Below are positions 33,658 to 37,067 of a stretch of 37,067 nt of DNA, piece after piece. Made by a program: the position numbers and the translations under genes. Origin of the DNA: a candidate division Kazan bacterium GW2011_GWA1_50_15 (GTDB taxonomy: Bacteria; Patescibacteriota; Kazan-3B-28); assembly GCA_001029795.1 (NCBI GenBank), contig CP011216.1, positions 565,580 through 602,646 on the forward strand, given 5' to 3'. Within the stretch, counting starts at the first letter, position 1. Every line of letters begins with the position of its first letter. The notes beneath the pieces are model-generated. The model saw only the letters and a program-made list of their open reading frames with translations. It searched no databases and was not told where the DNA came from.

Positions 33658-34749
33658 TTACACGTTGAATCTAAACAGTAATACGTCACCATCCTGGACG
33701 ACGTAGGTCTTGCCTTCACTGCGAACCTTGCCGGCCGCCTTGGCGCCAGCCCAGCCGCCGCTTTGGATGAAATCGTTATAACTGACGGTTTCGGCGCGGA
33801 TGAAGCCGTGTTCAAAATCGGTGTGAATCACCCCGGCGGCTTGCGGAGCGGTAGCTCCTCTTCCCACCATCCAGCCGCGAGTCTCTTTTTCCCCAGCGGT
33901 GAAGAAGGTGATCAGCCCCAGCAGTTTATAGCCGGCCCGGATGATCTGATTCAGACCTGGCTCAATTAATCCTAGACTATGCAGAAACTCGGCTCGGTCA
34001 GCCTCGGGTAATTCAGTGAGCTCGGCTTCGCTTTTGGCGTCGATGGCGATTACTTCAGAATTCTCTTTTTGAGCCAATTCGCGCAGAGGTTCAAGCAGTG
34101 CGTTATTCTGCAATTGATTTTGGTCAACATTGGCTACGTAGAGCACTGGTTTGGCAGTGAGGAGCTGGAGTTCGTGCAGGTAATCAGTCTCGGCTGGCGC
34201 AACGGCGAAAGACCGGGCTGGCTCCCCCGCCTCTAAATATTTTTTTAGGCGAATGAGAAAGTCAACCTTGGGTTGAAGTTTAGCGTCGCCCCGAGCAGCC
34301 TTCTCTTCTTGCGGAAGACGTTTCTCAAGGGTTTGAAGGTCGGCTAGAGCCAGTTCGGTGTTGATAACGGCGATATCGTCCAGAGGATCGATCTGGCCGC
34401 TCACGTGAGTAACGTTCGAGTCTGCGAACAGCCGCACTACTTGGATGGTGGCCTCGGTCTCGCGGATGTGTGACAAAAACTGGTTGCCTAAACCTTCACC
34501 CTTGGAGGCGCCGCGAACTAAGCCGGCGATATCGACAAACTCGACGGTGGCTGGGACGATTTTCTGCGAGTGTTCCAGCTCGGCCAGTTTACTTAACCGC
34601 GGGTCGGGGACCGGCACTACGCCAGTATTGGGTTCGATGGTACAGAAGGGAAAATTCGAAGCCGCCGCTTGGTTGGCGCCGAGCAGCGCATTAAACAGTG
34701 TGGATTTTCCCACGTTCGGCAGACCAACTATTCCAATCTTTAAACTCAT
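33658..34749 (-). CDS. ychF: Ribosome-binding ATPase YchF (Obg-like GTPase family)
   Basis: MSLKIGIVGLPNVGKSTLFNALL (G1), DIAGLVRGAS (G3), a coiled-coil insert and a C-terminal TGS-like domain ending DGDVLLFRFNV. Confidence 0.95.
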   Translation of the reverse strand: MSLKIGIVGLPNVGKSTLFNALLGANQAAASNFPFCTIEPNTGVVPVPDPRLSKLAELEHSQKIVPATVEFVDIAGLVRGASKGEGLGNQFLSHIRETEATIQVVRLFADSNVTHVSGQIDPLDDIAVINTELALADLQTLEKRLPQEEKAARGDAKLQPKVDFLIRLKKYLEAGEPARSFAVAPAETDYLHELQLLTAKPVLYVANVDQNQLQNNALLEPLRELAQKENSEVIAIDAKSEAELTELPEADRAEFLHSLGLIEPGLNQIIRAGYKLLGLITFFTAGEKETRGWMVGRGATAPQAAGVIHTDFEHGFIRAETVSYNDFIQSGGWAGAKAAGKVRSEGKTYVVQDGDVLLFRFNV

Positions 34750-34755
34750 AATCTA

Positions 34756-34764
34756 ATTATGTCA
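34756..34764 (-). promoter_or_regulatory. Extended -10-like box (TGaCATAAT) of ychF, leaderless geometry
   Basis: Read on the - strand, the box ends 6 nt before ATG 34749. No SD lies in the gap. Confidence 0.4.
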
Positions 34765-34790
34765 TTCTCCGGCTTGACTGGAGAATCTAG

Positions 34791-34899
34791 AAAATAAAAT
34801 AAAAAATGTTTCTGTCCGGATCCCCGATGTCGGGGTGCTTCGTCCCCGCCTTCGCGGGGACATGCTTCCGGCTCGAGGATGACTCCGGCTAGCCGGAGT
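34791..34899 (-). terminator. Composite multi-hairpin terminator region after efp
   Basis: On the - strand, palindrome ACTCCGGCTAGCCGGAGT overlaps the efp stop. Hairpins GTCCCCGC-gaag-GCGGGGAC and CCCCGA-ca-TCGGGG are enclosed by CCGGA/TCCGG. A U-rich tract follows (CATTTTTTATTTTATTTTC). Confidence 0.5.
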
Positions 34900-35459
34900 T
34901 ACTTGGCTCGCTCTATATATGAGCCGTCGCGAGTGTCAACGATGATAGTGTCGCCGGTCGAGACGAACATGGGGACGCGGACAGTAAAGCCGGTCTCTAA
35001 GCGCGCGTTTTTCATTGGGTTGGTGGCCGAGTCCCCTTTCACCGCCGGTTCGGATTCAGTAACCTTGAACGGCATCTTGAATGGTAGCGAGAGACTGATG
35101 GGATTGCTATCAAAGGTTAGTAGGTCAACCTCTTGACCGTCTTTAATAAAATTGGCGGCAAAACCAACCGTGGTGGCGGGGATGACTAACTGGTCAAAGC
35201 TGGCCGTGTCCATAACTACAAAATCTCCGCCTTGGCGGTAGAGGAACTGGGCTTTTTTACGCTCTAGCTCCGCTGGGGCGAACTTTTCGTCACCATGGAA
35301 GGTGCGTTCAATATTGTTACCGGTGATCAGATTTTTCAGGGTTGTACGCAAAACAGCGCCTCCTCGGCCCATCTTGGAGTGCTGATAGCGGACGACCTCG
35401 TAGGGCGCACCCTCGAGATTAATGACCACACCGGTTTTGAGGTCGGTGATGGTTAGCAT
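34899..35459 (-). CDS. efp: Translation elongation factor P (Arg32-type loop)
   Basis: 186 aa with canonical EF-P domains. The loop sequence is YQHSKMGRGGAV, with Arg at position 32 (codon CGA at 35366-35364). The gene starts 2 nt after the rpsR stop. Confidence 0.95.
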   Translation of the reverse strand: MLTITDLKTGVVINLEGAPYEVVRYQHSKMGRGGAVLRTTLKNLITGNNIERTFHGDEKFAPAELERKKAQFLYRQGGDFVVMDTASFDQLVIPATTVGFAANFIKDGQEVDLLTFDSNPISLSLPFKMPFKVTESEPAVKGDSATNPMKNARLETGFTVRVPMFVSTGDTIIVDTRDGSYIERAK

Positions 35460-35461
35460 AA

Positions 35462-35725
35462 TTAATGTAGAGTGAATGGAAGCAACGCCAGCTGACGGGC
35501 TCTTTTGAGTGCTGTGGTTAGCTCGCGCTGGTGATGGGCGCAGGCGCCGGTGCGGCGCTGGGGTTCAATCTTCATAAATCGCGAGACGAACTTACGCAGG
35601 ACCCGCACGTTTTTGTAATCAATATGTTCGATACCTTCCGAGCAAAAATAACAACTTTTTTTGCTGGTCAGGAGCGAACGCAATGTTCGAGGCCGTTTAG
35701 ATACGGCGCGTTTAAACTTGGGCAT
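35462..35725 (-). CDS. rpsR: 30S ribosomal protein S18
   Basis: 87 aa. [24 protein letters not shown]...[28 protein letters not shown]. Confidence 0.9.
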   Translation of the reverse strand: MPKFKRAVSKRPRTLRSLLTSKKSCYFCSEGIEHIDYKNVRVLRKFVSRFMKIEPQRRTGACAHHQRELTTALKRARQLALLPFTLH

Positions 35726-35731
35726 AGTAAC

Positions 35732-36178
35732 TTAAAACGGGATATCTTCTATATTGATCTCATCATCACTAGGAGCCGAGGCTTCGGCGGCAGCGCCGAC
35801 AGGAACACTCGGAGCTTGAGACGCTTCGCTGGCGTTGCCGCCCAGCGGCGAACGGTCTTGCAGTAGCAGATCCGAGGCGATTACTTCGGTTTTGTAGCGC
35901 TTGAGTCCGTCCTGACCTTCCCAGCTCCGCGTCTGGAGCCGGCCCTCAACGTAGGTCCGGCGGCCTTTTTTATAGATCTGACCAACGATCTCGGCCAACT
36001 TGCCCCAGGCTACAATGTCGATGTACTCAACTGCATCTTGTCTAACTCCTTGAGGGTCGTTCCAGGATCGGTTGCAGGCTACGGTGAATGAGGCCACAGT
36101 TTGGCCGTTAGCGGTGGTCCGAATCTCTGGGTCGCGGGTGAGGTTCCCGATCAGCATAACTTTGTTGATGTCACGCAT
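35732..36178 (-). CDS. ssb: Single-stranded DNA-binding protein
   Basis: OB fold (MRDINKVMLIGNLTRDPEIRTT, NRSW, WGKLAE), a disordered linker and an acidic tip DDEINIEDIPF. Confidence 0.9.
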   Translation of the reverse strand: MRDINKVMLIGNLTRDPEIRTTANGQTVASFTVACNRSWNDPQGVRQDAVEYIDIVAWGKLAEIVGQIYKKGRRTYVEGRLQTRSWEGQDGLKRYKTEVIASDLLLQDRSPLGGNASEASQAPSVPVGAAAEASAPSDDEINIEDIPF

Positions 36179-36268
36179 AGTTAGATGAATTAAGAATTAT
36201 GAATCATGAATAATGGGGGGTCTGCTGGGCAGCAGAATCATAATCATTTGTAATTTTTAATTGGCTAG
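36179..36268. repeat. AT-rich heptamer-periodic imperfect palindrome filling the rpsF-ssb spacer
   Basis: The + strand reads AATTAAG AATTATG AATCATG AATAATG (36188-36215). A GC hairpin follows (TCTGCTG-gg-CAGCAGA). The - strand then reads AATTAAA AATTACA AATGATT ATGATTC. The two arms match as an inverted repeat at about 18/28 positions. Confidence 0.6.
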
Positions 36269-36748
36269 CTATTCTTCTTTTAAGAGGTTGCCGAGCTTTT
36301 CGTCGAGCTCTTTCATCCGAGTAGCTTCATCTTTTTGAGGGGTAGCTGGTTTAGTGGCGGGGGCGCGGCGGGTAGTGGCCGTGGGCCGAGCGGCAGACCG
36401 AGTCGGAGTCAACTGTTCCTTGAAGGGGTCGATTAGTTTCATGTCTTCTGGTCGGATGTTCTCTTTGTTGAGAGAGATGATTAGATGGCGAATGACATCA
36501 GGCATCAGCTGGATTTCATGGTTAAAGTTGCTGATCTGGTCTGGCGGATAGGTAAATATCATGGTGGCGTAGTAGCCGTACTCATGACGGCCGATCGGGT
36601 AGGCTAGCCGCTGTTTGCCCCAGAAGCCTTGGGTGTAGATGCGCCCCTCGGTCTTGGCAATCAGAGAAGCCACCTTGGCGACCAAGTTCTGGGCGTCGGT
36701 CTCGGTCATACTAGTGGTCGCTACCAGAGTAATTTCGTAGTTGTTCAT
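36269..36748 (-). CDS. rpsF: 30S ribosomal protein S6 with a basic/Pro-Thr-rich C-terminal extension
   Basis: The N-terminal ~95 aa are canonical S6 (MNNYEITLV...WGKQRLAYPI...GYY...IRHLII). A tail of about 60 aa follows. Confidence 0.9.
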   Translation of the reverse strand: MNNYEITLVATTSMTETDAQNLVAKVASLIAKTEGRIYTQGFWGKQRLAYPIGRHEYGYYATMIFTYPPDQISNFNHEIQLMPDVIRHLIISLNKENIRPEDMKLIDPFKEQLTPTRSAARPTATTRRAPATKPATPQKDEATRMKELDEKLGNLLKEE

Positions 36749-36822
36749 AGAGAAAAATTCCTTTCCCGTGGGGATTCCCTACTATCCAGCAGGGTGAAAA
36801 GGTTGCTGATATATGTATGGGC

Positions 36823-36851
36823 AGTATAGCGAAATGACCCGGAGGGGTCAA
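36823..36851 (-). promoter_or_regulatory. Near-consensus promoter of the rpsF-ssb-rpsR-efp operon
   Basis: Read on the - strand: TTGACC (36851-36846), 17 nt, TATACT (36828-36823). This predicts a 5' UTR of about 65-70 nt. Confidence 0.65.
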
Positions 36852-36887
36852 GATGCTTTTGCAACGCCTGCGCCGCGTTGCATCGGC

Positions 36888-37045
36888 GGCTACTTTCGTC
36901 TTGGCGAAAGTAGCCAAAGCCGTGGCCCTGTTCGCTCGGTCTATTCATTGGCAAAAGGGCTGGGCGCTCTCGGTGGTATAGACCACCTTCGCCCAGCCGC
37001 CCTTGTGCTCAATTCAGGACGACCTCGCTCCAAAGGGCCGGTAGG
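36888..37045 (+). repeat. Copy 2 of the two-copy structured intergenic element (may continue toward the window edge)
   Basis: Hairpin GGCTACTTTCG-TCTTGG-CGAAAGTAGCC, then CCAAAGCCGTGGCCCTG, TGGCAAAA, central hairpin GGCTGGGCG...(GGTGG-tataga-CCACC)...CGCCCAGCC, CAGGACGACCTCGCTCC and AAAGGGCCGGTA. Confidence 0.6.
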
Positions 37046-37067
37046 ATAGCTGGATAGGTGGAACGGG

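Noticed and set aside
34774-34800. + strand TTGACT (34774-34779) as a promoter
   Set aside because: There is no acceptable -10 at 16-18 nt and no + strand gene downstream. Only the antisense of efp follows.
36711-37049. ORFs 36711..36917(-), 36745..36954(-) and 36813..37049(+) at the right edge
   Set aside because: They cover the rpsF promoter/leader and copy 2 of the structured element. The two copies of the element share DNA blocks and hairpins but no common reading frame, which argues against coding.
1-37067. Alternative genetic code (UGA recoded, as in some candidate phyla)
   Set aside because: Conserved proteins terminate at sensible lengths on TGA (comF, P2). No conserved protein is broken by in-frame TGA, so the standard code fits.

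Overview
Densely packed, mostly housekeeping chromosomal window (37 kb) from a moderately GC-rich bacterium using the standard genetic code: long ORFs close on TAA, TAG and TGA. I recognise 4 tRNA genes, all with encoded CCA, and about 31 CDSs. On the + strand: tadA embedded in a tRNA cluster, a SpoIID-domain protein, comF, pmm/pgm, a nucleotidyltransferase-fold protein, an O-antigen-ligase-like protein, leuS, dnaE, a secreted hydrolase/propeller protein, rplS, rnhB, yraN, nusA, clpC, a yacL-like PIN/TRAM gene and a four-gene surface-protein operon. On the - strand: an hsp20-galU-SBP-pilin-like-pilin-like operon, trpS, ychF and rpsF-ssb-rpsR-efp. There is no rRNA, CRISPR array, transposase, integrase or recognisable defence gene. 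Gene content and style suggest a reduced monoderm lineage such as CPR/Patescibacteria, but this is inference only. The supporting traits are small TrbC/VirB2-like pilin proteins, SpoIID fused to Ig-like repeats, cohesin-like surface proteins, extended ribosomal proteins and very short spacers. Five things deserve a second look. (1) A promoter-to-terminator bracketed four-gene operon (28.0-33.6 kb) encodes modular envelope proteins built from shuffled, paralogous domains, including a dCache-like sensor fused to an extracellular cohesin-like module with no cytoplasmic output domain. (2) A two-copy structured intergenic element of about 160-210 nt (7737-7943 and 36888-37045) has a hairpin with compensatory substitutions. 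(3) AT-rich heptanucleotide tandem arrays (AAATTNN type, about 4 units each) sit in frame inside pmm and leuS and fill the rpsF-ssb spacer. (4) A -10 box lies 6-9 nt upstream of the ATG at six or more genes, a recurrent geometry that suggests leaderless mRNAs. (5) Smaller oddities include an Arg32-type EF-P, an L19 with an acidic tail of about 100 aa overlapping the rnhB ORF, and tadA sitting next to its substrate tRNA-Arg(ACG). All family assignments were made by eye from motifs. No database search was run.
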